Shown in pieces: positions 1 to 13,900 of a DNA stretch of 64,000 bases. The notes under the pieces were generated by a model, which was not told the origin of the DNA, made no database searches, and was given only the letters and a program-made list of their open reading frames with translations. Made by a program: the position numbers and the translations under genes. This DNA comes from Tubulanus polymorphus (Eukaryota; Animalia; Nemertea): NCBI RefSeq assembly GCF_964204645.1, contig NC_134026.1:7959950-8023949 (forward strand), given 5' to 3'. Each line of letters opens with the position of its first letter. Position 1 is the stretch's first letter.

Positions 1-184
1 CTAGCATAAATTTCCAGTTTCTCAATGTAGGGGGCGCTGGTAGAAGAGGAATTTGTGCCAGTTTCTCATTGTAGAGAGCGATTTTAGTATCATTTGGTTC
101 CATTTCCTCACTGAAGGTGGCGCTGGTAATGTGAGTAATCAATTCCTGTTTGCCACTATTATGGGATCAGTAGGGCGCGCTTAC

Positions 185-3100
185 CGATAATTTCATGCCA
201 TTTGCCGTCACAGAGACCGCCGTTGATTGGCGGTATGTATTTCGCGGTGATTTCCTCGTTGCCGTTATCGACACTGAATATCAACTCTCCGTTCACCATT
301 TGCATGATGAGATAGTCCCCTCTCTGAGACGAGACGGACAGCAATATTCCGTCCATCGACCTCGGTCGAATCCGCAGAATGAAACGACGATCCAATCCGA
401 CCTTGAACTGATCGTTGATGACCGCGTAGCCTCCGTCTGCTCCGTAGTAAACGCCCGGCTCGACGTTCATATAACACGGTTGAGTGTGAAACTGACGGTT
501 CGCGGTTCCGAACGATTTATCGTTGATACGGAAATCTCTGATACAACCAACAAATCCATTAAACGCAATATCCTGAAAATTACGAACAAATTCACTTGAC
601 TTGCGCTTAGGTACCAGTGGCGGAACCAGCCTACCGCGATTACCGCTTCAGCGGTACTGAAGATTTTCCCAAAAAAATTTTCAATGTAGTCAATATTTGC
701 CTGCATGTGACTTAACACACAAACATGGATTATGTTCGTCCCTCCTATCATCTCTTGTATCTAATTTCAAGAATCTGAAGCTGAATAGTTATTAATGAGC
801 TTATCCATAAATATTGTGCTGTGATTCTCTTTGTCTAATACTAATATAATAGTATGTTTACTATTATTATTATCATTATCATTAGTAATCATAAGTACAG
901 CCCTGGGCTTGCACTGTGTCCCTCATCTTATGTCTGTAAAAACTATGTTTAACTCCTATGTAGTATCTTGCATGACATAATGATGAAAATAAATTATATT
1001 ATATATTTTTCCAAAACTTGTGGTACGTTTGTAGTGAATCGGTACACGACCGGCACTAGGCTTACTGACTCGTCGATTAGTTTTCATAGTAATTCCTGTT
1101 TTCAACTTGATGAGATTTTAATTGTTGAAATTTCAAATTGCTTTGGGGAGCACCCCTCTTGAACCCCGGCGTCGGGCAGTCGGACAGCTACTCGGGGGAA
1201 AATATTGCTTTGAGCAGTACTCGGATTTGAACCCTGGATCTGCCACTGTACGCAGGTACTTAGAAGTCCCTCTAGATATAGGTACTCGGTACCAGTAATG
1301 ACAGTTACCTACAGGTGCAAACAGATGCTGACAGCAGATGTCAATGTGACTATCATTCTACTGAGAGCAGCTGTACTATCAGTCTGCTGTTGACAGCAGG
1401 TACTTGCAGCTGCTCCTTTGACTGAATTCAATGACAACATTTGACAGAAAGAAACCTATAGAATATCAATGGTACTCACTCGAACTTCTCCTTTAGTAAG
1501 TTTAGCCGCTGTATTGGGCATACCTCCGACGTAGAACGGAGGATTCACATTTATAGCTCGATTTCTCCCTAAAGATTTCGATTCTCCTAATAAATCATCG
1601 TCGACATACAGACGTCCAGTGTGACGATTCCTCCAGAACTTCACCTAACAATCACAATAACACAATATCAAATAAACACCACACAATACGATAGTTCAAT
1701 TCGGTTCCACGAGATGGCGCTACATACCGTATGCCACAATCCGTCGTTATATTTGCGTTTAGAGGTGACTGTTGCGGCTCCACTGCCGGTATTAAACGAG
1801 TACACTACAGCACCTTCTTTCATATAGAGTAATATATAATCATTCTGCGATGAATCGGCGACAAAAAATATCAGTCCATTTTTATGGGTTGTTTTTATTT
1901 CAACTTGGAATTCATAACTGAAACAAATACATTACACCCAGATGATACAAAGATAAGTCTCATTATCATCAAAGGGAGGGTTGGAGCAGTTGTGAAAACA
2001 GTTACTCAGTTTACTAACAGTTGATGATAGTGTCCAGTGAAAACTGTGTGTAATTTTGATCTAAATCATTTATCGATTTATTAGTTTTTAATGTTATGGG
2101 TTTTCTACCTGTCTCTTGCACTCAGAGATTAAGACTAATTAAAAATGCAGTTTTGCATCAGACGACTGTGGGCTCAGAGGTCCAGACCAAAACGCCGTTT
2201 CATACTTACGAGATTCTAAATCTACCCGGGACGCTGTCGTATTCAAATCGACTCTCCGACTTCAGTCCGAATCTCATTGCCGATTTCTCGAAGATTCCGC
2301 CCTTATCGAACGTCGTCTCGGCAACTGGCAATACGCATTGTCCGGGAGTCATGGTAACACCTGTAATATCGGAATCGCTAGAACCTGCTACATGCAAGAA
2401 CGGGAGACGAGAGAGAAAGAGAAAACAGAGAGAATGTGTCAGTATTCGACCACTCAATCGATAACGCAATTTGACCAGTTTTAAAAAGCTGTAAATTATA
2501 CGAACAGTGCAACAATAATAGGAACAATGATTAATGATAGGAACAAATCAAACGGTGCAGGAAGTGGATGCAAAATATATTTGAGTAAAATTTGAGTAAA
2601 CTTGTGGAGAATATCTTTTTATAGAATTTTTCAGAATCTTTCTAAATAATCTCAAATGCATTTCAAAAACTTGAAAGTAAACTTCAAAATCAAAACACAT
2701 AGAATATCAGGTTTACAAGCTACAAACAATAGATTCAATTCAGTAAATACAACAAAGTGAACCAAATTACACCATTAAACCATGCAATGGGTTCCTCTTC
2801 ATAAAACCCTTTTGATAATTAAATCAGAATTAATTTATTCATATGAATGTAATTTGTTTGTGGCTCAAGGTTCATGTATTTTATTCAGTATAATTCTAGA
2901 TCCAGTTTCACGCAACTCTTTAGTTAAAAACTCTTAGTTTCATCGATCATATGACTCCAGAATTATATTTTTTTGTGAAACTGGACCTAGGATAGAAAGA
3001 TGTATCAGCAGCGGTCAAAAGTAACTTCGAGGGAACTTGCGTTTAAAATTGAGCCATTTCAAAGAGGCTTTCAATCAGTAAATACCATGAAACATGAGTT

Positions 3101-6100
3101 TTAAGTTTTGGGTTACAAGAACAAGATTACAATATTACAATATTAACTTGGCCAAGATTCATAAAGTCATATCAAATGATTAAGCTTCAATTGTCGAAAG
3201 TAATCAATAGCAATCTTCAGTTGAACGTGTGTCGTTATGTAATCTTGACCTTGTATATAAAGTATGATGGTTTATCCTTGTAATTAAAGAGGATGTTATC
3301 ATTATCAAGACGTGGTGAGAGTGACAAAAAAAGGTTAAATTTGATTGGTTCATGAAATAAACGCGAATTGACAAGAATCCAATTTGAATTTGTGTTTAAA
3401 ATTAATTGAAAAGCGTCAAACTTTGTATCAAGCAGAAACTTCAAACTATCAACGACACAAATACAAAACAATTATTCAAAATATTCATATCTTTCTTATA
3501 CAATATCAAAATATGTTTCAAACTGTAAATGATATATCAGATATATAAAAAATATAAAAATATGTAAATGATATATCATATATGTAAACGATATATCAGG
3601 TGTGTAAATAATACATTGTATATTTAGATGATATATCAAAAATATGTAAATGATTTATCAGATAATATGTAAATGATATATCAGATATGTGAATGATATG
3701 TCGGATAATATGTAAATGATATATAATGCATGTAAAAGATGTTGGATATGTAAATGATATGAGATATGTAAATGATATACAAGATGTACACATAATATAT
3801 CAGATATTTCAATATTTGAATAATTGTCGGCTAATAGATAAAATAAAGCAAAGAAACTGGTCAAACAGTTAGTGTTATTTTTGCCCAATAAAGCAGCAAT
3901 GGTACAACTATCTTACTATTTCTCTCTCTAAAATCTTAAAACTAAAATCCTAAATCATTATCAAAAAGATTATGATAAAACAAAGAATAAATCAGGTGAA
4001 GTAATTCATCAGCTAGTCGGTAGGCTATACTGCCTAACTGTTGTCCGGTTCTGACTAAACCACAGACCGGTTACTAGTTTTTACATTTTTGTCTAATCTA
4101 GAACTGGTGAGGGAACAATTAAACAAAAAGAAATGTAAACAGATAAGACTGAGACTGATGATAAACTGAGGATAAGTTCTTACCTCCAGGTAAAAGCGGT
4201 AATACAATAGGAGCCACGGTAGGATTAACATCCTGTATAGGACACCCAACTAGTGAAGAACCCTTGCGCTCTGAGGGCGCCGCGACGGCAAAATTCATAA
4301 ACCTACAAACATTTAACATACAATACATATGTAGTTAGCGAAACCACCAGGGGAGTTAAATTATCAGATATAGAAAATCAATCACTGAGAGGGAGTAAAC
4401 ATCTACTTACTTCCCGTTGACCGTTACGTCACCAACACACCCTATAAACCGTCTCGACGTAGCGACATTCCTAACAACCACTTTATAATTATCAGGGGCG
4501 CCACCGAAGAATAACGGACTGCTAGTTGTAGTTTTCCGGCGTTTAGCTTCGACTGCCGCGACCTCGGAATCATCGACATCCAACTGCAATCTGAATCAAA
4601 CCGCAACAATCAAATATCAGTGGTTCTCAATTGAATTGTTTAACCATTTCAGTGCGGTGTAAATCAGTGATGGATTTTGCTAGTACATCGCACTGCGGTG
4701 TATTGATGTAATTATTTTTTATCTCTATTGATAGATAGCAACACCTTTCAAACATAGTGAAATATTAGTAACTAACAGTACACTGCGTCACGGTGTAGAC
4801 GCACTATTGTGGTATTCCCGTTCTTCAACATCAATACTAAAATAGGGCGGAATTTTTCACAATTTTCAAATTATCTCCAGCACTATAGGGTATTAGCAAG
4901 TCAGCACTGAAAGGGTAAAGATAAAGTCCACATACCTGGTCCCGTTTTTAGTGAATGAGATATAATGCCATTTTCCATCACCGTATATCGCTGACGGAGT
5001 TGGTAAAGTTGTAATGTCACCTCTAACATTATTCATCACCACTATTTTACCATCTTTCAAAGCGAGGGAGAAAGAGTTCGACTGAAAATGTAGATTTTAT
5101 TGTAATCACAGCAATCTTTACAAACTAGGCTAAATCTCAACAGTTCTAAACCCTGTTCCACAGTCGTATGTTCGCATTTTTTAATGAACACTTTTTGTCT
5201 GAATTCAGGAATTCAGAAAACTCTCATGTCTGCCTTTGTCAAATTATAACTGTGGAACTGGATCCTTCAGTTTGGAACAGGATTTGGAACAAATGAGGAA
5301 CTGTATCCAGAACCACTATGGAACTGTATCCAGAAATGTGTTCAGTATCATAGATGCGGTAAATTGACTGTAAGCTGACCTGGTCCTCATTAGCGCTGTA
5401 CATAATTAAACCTTCCGATTCAGTCGTTCTGAATTTCAACGTCGTTTCAAAGTTACGATTGATATTAACAGTCGGCATGGCAACGTAACCAGCGTGCGTT
5501 GAGGCAAACGAAGCGACCCTAGCAACCTGAAACAACAACAATCATCGTCATCATCCGTTCTTTTCTTTGATTGGCCGTTGTATGTTTTATCGCAGGATTA
5601 AACCCTTACTCTATCAGGACAGCCCTGAATGATTCCTTTAGAGTGAACATGTTTCGACAAATCTCTCGCCGAAAGTCCAAGAACCAAATCTTTAATGCAT
5701 CCTTCGAATCCGAGCGGGGTCACGTGCCTGAAAATACAACGCATCAATACCGAGGAACAACGGAAATCTTCGTTGTTGATTATATAAACCGGGAGTAAAA
5801 CTTACGGATAGTTGAGGATATTCTTGCCGCGGAATCCGCCAACGTAAATCGATGAATCAATCGATAATTGTTCGAGGTCGCCGGGAGACGAACCAGACGC
5901 GACCTCTGAACCATCGACCTTCAAAACACCGTTCTGTTTATAGCGTTTAGCCTCGACCGTGTGCCACTGACCGTCGTTAAACTTATTGCTCGACACCAAC
6001 ATTGCCCTTCCACCCCCGAGGTTGTACTGGAATTGGACTTTCCCATCGCTCATCTCGAGCGAGAGGAAATCCTGAGAAACTCCCATGAACAACATCAGCC

Positions 6101-7667
6101 CGTTCTCGGCGTACGTCTTAAACTTCATCGAAATCTTCGTTTCTTTGAACGGTCGGAATCTGTCTTTACTGATTACGATATAACCGTTACCGTCGAATCG
6201 ATAGCTATCCGGTGGCGGTGCCTGCAGGGTAGATCTGTAATTATAGAATTGTTTCGATTTTAGAACAGATCGCAACAAATATATTCAACGGTTTATTCAA
6301 ACGAAAGCCTAAAACATGAATGGGTTAAAATCACAGTTGCTACAGTTTTATTTAATCAAATAGTGGAAGTGGCTGATTTTCTCAGGGGGAGGTACACAAG
6401 GGGGAGGGGGTAGGGCACAGGGGTGCTCGAGGAGGAAGGCCGCCGGGGTGCAGGAATCTGTAATTCTGTAGTGCATCTACACACACACACACAATAGAGT
6501 GGGAGGAGTCTATGAATATAACCTGTCAATCATGCCTCGTGACGTCCTAACTATAACCGGTCTTGTACCTATCCCCTTTCTTCAAAAACACACACGCAAA
6601 TGAGAGTTAGTTAAATCCGGGATTTACATGCATCATTCCGGTGTTATGACTTAATCTGAGACTGGTTACCTAGCGATGCAAGCATCTCCATTGTGTTCAC
6701 CTTCGATGAAATTCCACAAACCAACCGGGAATTCATCAAACGTTAAATCCTCCAAGCATCCGATGAAACGACGTGCTTGTATCGCACTGGGGATCTGAAA
6801 ACAGTTAATCACCTCATTTACATATTCATAATTAAACAGCGGGGATCCGGAAACAGTTAATCATCTCCTTAACATATTCGTAAATAACCTGTGGGGATCA
6901 AATTTCGCCATTAATTATCTAATGTTAACGTATATACACATGTATTCAAATATAAACAGTGGAGATCTGAAAACAGTTTGTATATTCAAAATAAATTTTT
7001 TCAGATGCCCACACTAGTACAAGTGGTGATCTGAAAAGAGGGAAATGAGTTGAAACTCACGGTAGCGGCTGTAGGAACTCCTCCTGCATAAAATCTCGTC
7101 CCAATCGGATCTAATTTCAACACCGACATCGTTCCTGGTGATGTACCCATGGCAACCGAATTAGGTTCATCCTGCGTGCGCACAGTCAACGTTCCACTTT
7201 TGCCAATTCTAAAATATCAACAGAAAATAAATATTCAAATAATTCTCACGTTCTAAAAATAGAAACTGATTTACACCGGTATCCGTAACGCACCGCTCGG
7301 CTATTACTTCATGCCAGTTGCCATCGGCGACATTCTTCTTGTTGGAAATAACGGCAGCTCCGGAACCGAGGTCGTAACGCATTGTTACAAATCCATTAAT
7401 AATCTCTAAAGCCATATAATCAACCTACAAACAATAACAACAATATTCATATATATCATGACATCAGCAGCAGCCAAAAAAAACAGTTACACAGTCAACA
7501 CTTAGATTCAAGACCAGTCTAAACTTGTTTTGGTTCTATAACAAATCTAAAAACTTAAGATCAGTTTCAACGCAGGTTCTTTAATCAACTACACTTGAAA
7601 ACTTAAGACCAGTGTTGTGATTATAAGGTGTTTATACTGATGCGGATATATGATAATAATAATAATC

Positions 7668-7711
<44 letters not shown>

Positions 7712-7916
7712 TTAATCCATATAGCGTCCTTATACTGTATACCTGTCTTCCTGGTGGCACCTCTGATAAATCTGGCCCCATATACAGTAAGAATCCATCC
7801 GAGGCTTTCGTACGGAAGTAAAGAGTAACTTTAGTAAAAGATCCGGCAGTTTCTATTTTCTGTGGATTTCTCAGCCTTAACGTAGTGTTACTGTAGTAGG
7901 TCATCGCCACACGGAT
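185..7916 (-). CDS. Laminin alpha LG1-LG5 domain exons
   Basis: LG motifs: [75 protein letters not shown]. Confidence 0.93.
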
Positions 7917-10900
7917 CTATATCACATAAAAACAATCATTCTTACTAACAACTACACGATCATATACTGTATTGTACTTATCTTTTACAATCTATATACT
8001 TTTGTCTACCCTTTTTAGAGATCAGAGGGTTAATTTAGTTTTCACTAGAAATTCTTAGGAAGAAAGTAGAAAAGCTTTCTATTTTGAAGTTAATATCGTA
8101 TCGTATCGTTTTTACAACCAACGAGAGGCATTTTTATGCCTATTTCTAGGTTGTCTCGGTATGTCACTTGATGATTGTTGCTAGGTGTGAACCAGCGGCG
8201 GAATGCAGTTTTTGAGAGCATCTATTAATTCTGCTACTGTGCTCTTTGTTCGTACTGTTTTTGTTACCAGGATTGGGTTGTCCAAGATCCATGGAATGAC
8301 GTACACCCTCCTCCACTGTATACTCACTCTATTAGCTACGCCTCTTGTCTCTTTAATCATCTCCTTCAGCGCAGTAATATTAGCTGATATATCTAACCCA
8401 ATCTGGCGAATTTTCTCATGTCTCGCGTAAAGTGGTTTCATATCTTTATTCAAATTCGGTAACAAACTCAACAGATTGTTTACTACAACAAACAAAACCA
8501 TTTATAATCATGAATACCAGTAATCAAATCAGTTGCCACCGGTTACACATCAGAAAATTTGAATTCTTACTCTGAGTATCGGCGTCGGACATGTTCCTCT
8601 TTGCCTCGCCGAGAGCCTGGTCGATCTTTATCAGTTTATTCTGGCGCTCGGGCAACCCGCCAACAATCTGGTCAGTTTTAATTTGTTTCGATATGTTTAA
8701 AGCGTCATTTGAAGCCTGTAGAGCGTCGCGAGCCTGGTCGCCATATCCACCTGTAACAGACAGTCACAATAGATGATATAAAGCCGGACCAGCTATCTCT
8801 AAATGTAGACCAGACAGCCTTATATCTCAAATTATACCACCTTATATCTCGAATTGTAGTAGTTTTCACCAAAAAATGAGAATAGTAGTTACCATACATT
8901 GATAATGAACTTATTATCATTACTTAATTATTCTGATTTTGAGAATATTTTGTTGGAGCTGTTAATGAGTTGACACTACTCAGAAGACGTAGTTAGGTCT
9001 GCCAAATCTGCAGATAGTTTTGATGATTTCCTTACCTTCCCGTAACATTATCAAACTCGAATTCATATAATCAACTTTATCAATAGTTTCCATATTAACA
9101 ATTTCTATGTTGCTGATTCCTTCATTAGCTTTAGTGTAGCGGTCATTCAGAGCTAGAGATAGAGACACAGAGATAGAGAGGAGATATACGTATATCATGA
9201 GGGGTTACTGAGAACAACGTGTATACACGGTATATCTTACTGGAAACCTTCTGTTTCAATTTCGTAGCCTGATCCAATAAATCTTCACTTCTCAATTTAC
9301 TTTCCAGCGCTTTATCGCCCAAACCTTTCGACTGCAAATAAACAAAACCCACGAATATTCACAGGTAACGGTTTATGTGAAAACAGAGGGTACTGTGTAG
9401 GTTAACAAGTCTATTTTAGAAATTATGAGCTTTTCACTACTAGTGCATAGTAGATTCATCATGTAAACGAGGTCTAGTCTTATTCACCTGATGAAGCTAC
9501 CATATGCACTTGTAGCGAAAGCTACTCAAGTTAACATCTACAGCACACAGATGTATAGTTGTCAGTTCAATTAAGACGAGTTAAAATCTGTTCATTATTT
9601 CCAATATTGTTGTTTTAACTGACAACTGCAAGACTGTCTGTGTATAGTACTACATACCATATCAACGGCCGATTCTGAAGCTGTTGTAGCTTGCGTCGAT
9701 TGGTTTTTAGCGCCGCCTATCGCTTTAACGATGTTCTCATAAGCCTCCGCCGCTCTGATAGCTGCATCTGCCGATTCTTTAGTATCTCTTATCATACTAT
9801 CAAAATACAAAACATTTTCTCATCAGTGGTTAATTGTTTTAGTCACTGAAAGTAACAGAATCTGAAACTGAACCTGAAAAATGCTCACCTTTCTAGAATG
9901 GCTGCTTGCTGTTTGAGTTTGAGAGCGTGGTTTGTTGCATTATCAACAATTGGACGAAGTTCTTCATTAGATGCAGTCATTTCACTTCCAAACATTTTCA
10001 ATTTCTCCATCGCTTGATCCAATCTGGATAACTCTCTCTCGACTTCTTTGTAATATTTCTTAGCGTTCTTTAACAGTTTCTTTGCTTCATCAATTAAATC
10101 TTGAGCCGTGTTTAACATCATTTTAGTTTGTTCTTGAAACTCGGTGATGTTTCCACTGGTCAGCTGAAATTAAGACATTGCAATGGGTCAGTAATGAGGG
10201 GAGGACCTCTGGCAGTTTAAAAGGGATTTTCTGTGAGTAGAAACCATTTATATCATCTACTCCTGAGACTGGTAATGTAAGTTCAAGCCATAAATACAAA
10301 ATTCTTCTATCATGGGCCACTCGTTGATTGAAATGAATCTGTGGATAGTGGATTATCCAGTGGTCACAGATTAACCCTTTCAGTGCATCTACACTGCAGT
10401 GCGGCGTATGAATATGTGATGGACTTTGCTCATACACAGCATCATGGTGTATTGATGTTATTAGTAATCAGTTTTTATCATTATTGGAAGTTGGCTGCAC
10501 CTGTCTTGAATAGTTGGATAGTTAGTAACTAATGATACATTGCACCGCGGTGTAGATGCACTAACGCGATATACCCGTTATACAACACATTGGGGTGGAA
10601 TAGTTTAAAATTTTCAAATGTTCTTCAGCACTTTTGGGTACTAATCAGTCAGCACTGAAAGGGTTTAAGTAACTATTGGATGAAATACCATGGAGCAAAA
10701 TTGTGACTATGTCAGTTCTGCAGGTTAAATGCAATGAACTCTTTAGTAAAATACATCCCCCCCCGGATCGTCTGCTGGTTTCATACTTACAGATATAGTA
10801 GTATATTTATCAGTATTCGTCATATCTCGATTCATCGCCGTTTTAGAATCAGTCAATGATTCCTGGCTGTGATTCAGTAGATCACGTAATCTTCCCTCGA

Positions 10901-13900
10901 ACTCGACCATCTCGTTGTAAACAGTTCGCGTTCGATTCTTCTGATCATTGATTTTCCGTTGAAGTCCTTTCACTCTTTCTAACACTATGGAAATAGAACA
11001 TTTTTTCCCAATTTCATAATAGATACGTATTACCATAACTCAAGCTAGTGTCCAGGTTTTTTAATGAGCTTCTGTTGGCTGAGGATCCAACAGTTTAAAG
11101 GGAAAGTTAGGTATAGGACCATAATTCGGGTAGCACTCTCCCCTCTTTAAAGTCTCAACATATCTTCGATGATATACACTAATTCTAACTCTAGCTTTAA
11201 GTGTTCAGCTTTTTCAGGCTGGGGATTCACGTGACTGGGGATTGCCTCTGGTCGGTCAACTATAACTAAGTAATTTTACTTACGATCTTGCGCTTTGTTA
11301 AGTTCCGACCGAGATTCTTCATCTTTCTCTGTAAAATTCCTCGCCTGGATGCGTTCGAGAATCGATTCTGAATCAGCGAGGGTCCGCGCGATGTTACTCA
11401 CATCGATACTGTTCTGGATGCTTAATAAAACTCCTTGTACAAACCGCACTGCCTCTACATAAAACAATTTGATTAACATTCATCAGTTTAGTCCCTGTAT
11501 TCTTTAAGGAGTCTGTATTCTTTAAGGAGGAATTTGTATTCTTTAAGGATTGAGTCTGTATTCTTAACGAAGGAATCTGTATTCATTAGGGAGGAGTCTG
11601 TATTCTTTAAGAAGGAATCTGTATTCATTAGGGAGGAATCTATTCTTTAAGGAGGAATCTGTATTCTTTGAGGAGGAATCTGTAATCAGGATTCTGTATT
11701 AACTAAGTAGCTTATATTCTAGTGAAAACTTCAACATTTTAAGGGAACCTTCAATCTTTTGGTTTTTTAAAATAACAAATGAAATGTATCTAAACCTTGA
11801 GTATCAATGCGTGATTGATAAATGGCTCCCGTCTGCCCGGCCGATTCTCTCTTCGATTCTTCTGCATCTTTCTTTTGTCTTTCAGATCGATCCAACAAAG
11901 TTTCCGACTGTTAAATTCAAATCAGATTCAACCGAATGAATTCGCGATTCTAAAGATTGACATGAACTAAATTAATAGATTCATTTTGAGAATACCTACC
12001 CGCTGGTTGACTTTCCTGGCTTTGTTTTTCACGTCACGAAGTGAATCCTGAATCGGAGTCAAATCAAAATCTCTCGGATTCACAACTAAACCGTTCACTC
12101 GAGGCTGAAATAAAATATTTCAAATTGAGATTTATCTACCATATCACTGAGATACGATGCGAGTCACTTGAGATATTTCACACCAAACTATGTACTAAAT
12201 AGTATCGCCATGAAGAATCGGGCCTTGAAATTGTGTGTGGTAGTCATTTATAATATATTTGTTCACCCCCGATAGTTTCCGGTCTCGACGGGTACTGGCC
12301 ATCTAAGCTCATACGGTCTCTCGGCATGGACAAAAAGATTTCAAATGGCCCAACTAAATTCCATTGCCAATAAATTGTTTGAAGTTCTGGGCCAAAGGAA
12401 ATTAATCCACCCGTAGTTTCCACGGGTATAACTCTAGTATCAATTGATATACTATCAAATATATCAAACGTACCCGCAATTCTATCACCGTTTCATTGAT
12501 ATTTTCAAGTCGTCTCAAAGCGAAAACTCCGACAGAAACATCCTTTAAATCATCGTGAACTTGCGTGAAATTAACAGTCAACTGATCGGCTTCTTGCATC
12601 AACAAATACACACAATTATCGCATTCTAAATTGCAAATAAAACAGAACCCACTAGTATACTTATCAGTACATCAACAGCAAAAGTTGTCCTCATCAGGAT
12701 AATGGCTTATCCGATGACAATTAAATTGAATTAGAAATACAAATTGGGGCTCGAGAATTAAAATGACTTCAGCATTGTGATGATTTATCCAAATGGTTAT
12801 TTCCCAGTTTTGGCGGTATCCGTCATTTCTACTTACGTTGACAACCTTTCCCCGGAACCATGATCCATCCATCCTCGCATTGAGCACAGGTTGGCCCCGT
12901 GTAACCTTGCAGACATCGACACACACCAGTGACTCTATCGCAGGTGGCAGCACCGAGTCCTACACACTGACACGCTGAAAATACATCATCATTTCAGTTA
13001 CTACCAACAATTTAGCATATTCATTTAGGTCCGCACTTAGTGGTTTTTCGAACAACCATCACTGCCGGCACATTGACGAATGGACGGACGACCAACCTAC
13101 TGCCTCCCTCCCTCCCTCACCGGCGCCGGGCCGTAACGCTGATCAAGGCCCGGTCCGCACTTATTCGTTTTTTGAACCACCACTGTCGGTAGACTGACGA
13201 ACGCACGGACGACCGACCTACTGCCTCCCTCCCTCATTAGTTTAATTTGAATTTAAACTTACATTGGCATCCGTTTGAAGTTAAATTCCAGAATCCCTCT
13301 TTACACTGGTCACACTTGTGTCCAGTTACGCCGTGTTTACACTCGCACTGACCAGTATTAACGTCGCAACTCGGACTAACCGATCCTAGTCCGCACTGAC
13401 AGTGTTTACATCCCTCGCAACTGTTATAATCCCACGTGTACGGTGCGCAATGACCGCAGTTTAAACCAGCGACATTAGGTTTACATTGACACTGACCGCT
13501 TTGGTCGTTACAGCTTTCAGCTCCACAACGGTTACAGGAACATTCTACAAAATAAATATTTCAATTCTCACAATCAATCCACAGATTTGTGCCTCATGGC
13601 TAAGTCTCATATTGTAGACCATTAAGACGGTAATTGACTAAACAAGCAGCCTGGGCCACATTCGGTTATCTGAGTTAGTCGACAATAGTTGAACTAATTG
13701 AAACCGAATGTCAGTTAGTCGGAACTATATTCCAGAAATAGTTCGGAAATTGAGCGCATTCGGTTATTAGTTCCAACTACTAGTTGAATAAACACGAAAA
13801 CCGAATTTGGCCCTGTCGGCTGAAACAAGGGCCACCTGCTCAGCGCGCTCTAATGTTCCGATCCGGAAAACGGCTCTATACTTTTTTGGCCCTTGGCCCA

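Noticed and set aside
195-599. Plus-strand ORFs overlapping laminin exons (also 5961-6263, 14168-14515, 17554-17826)
   Set aside because: Antisense shadows of real minus-strand exons with no independent coding signal.
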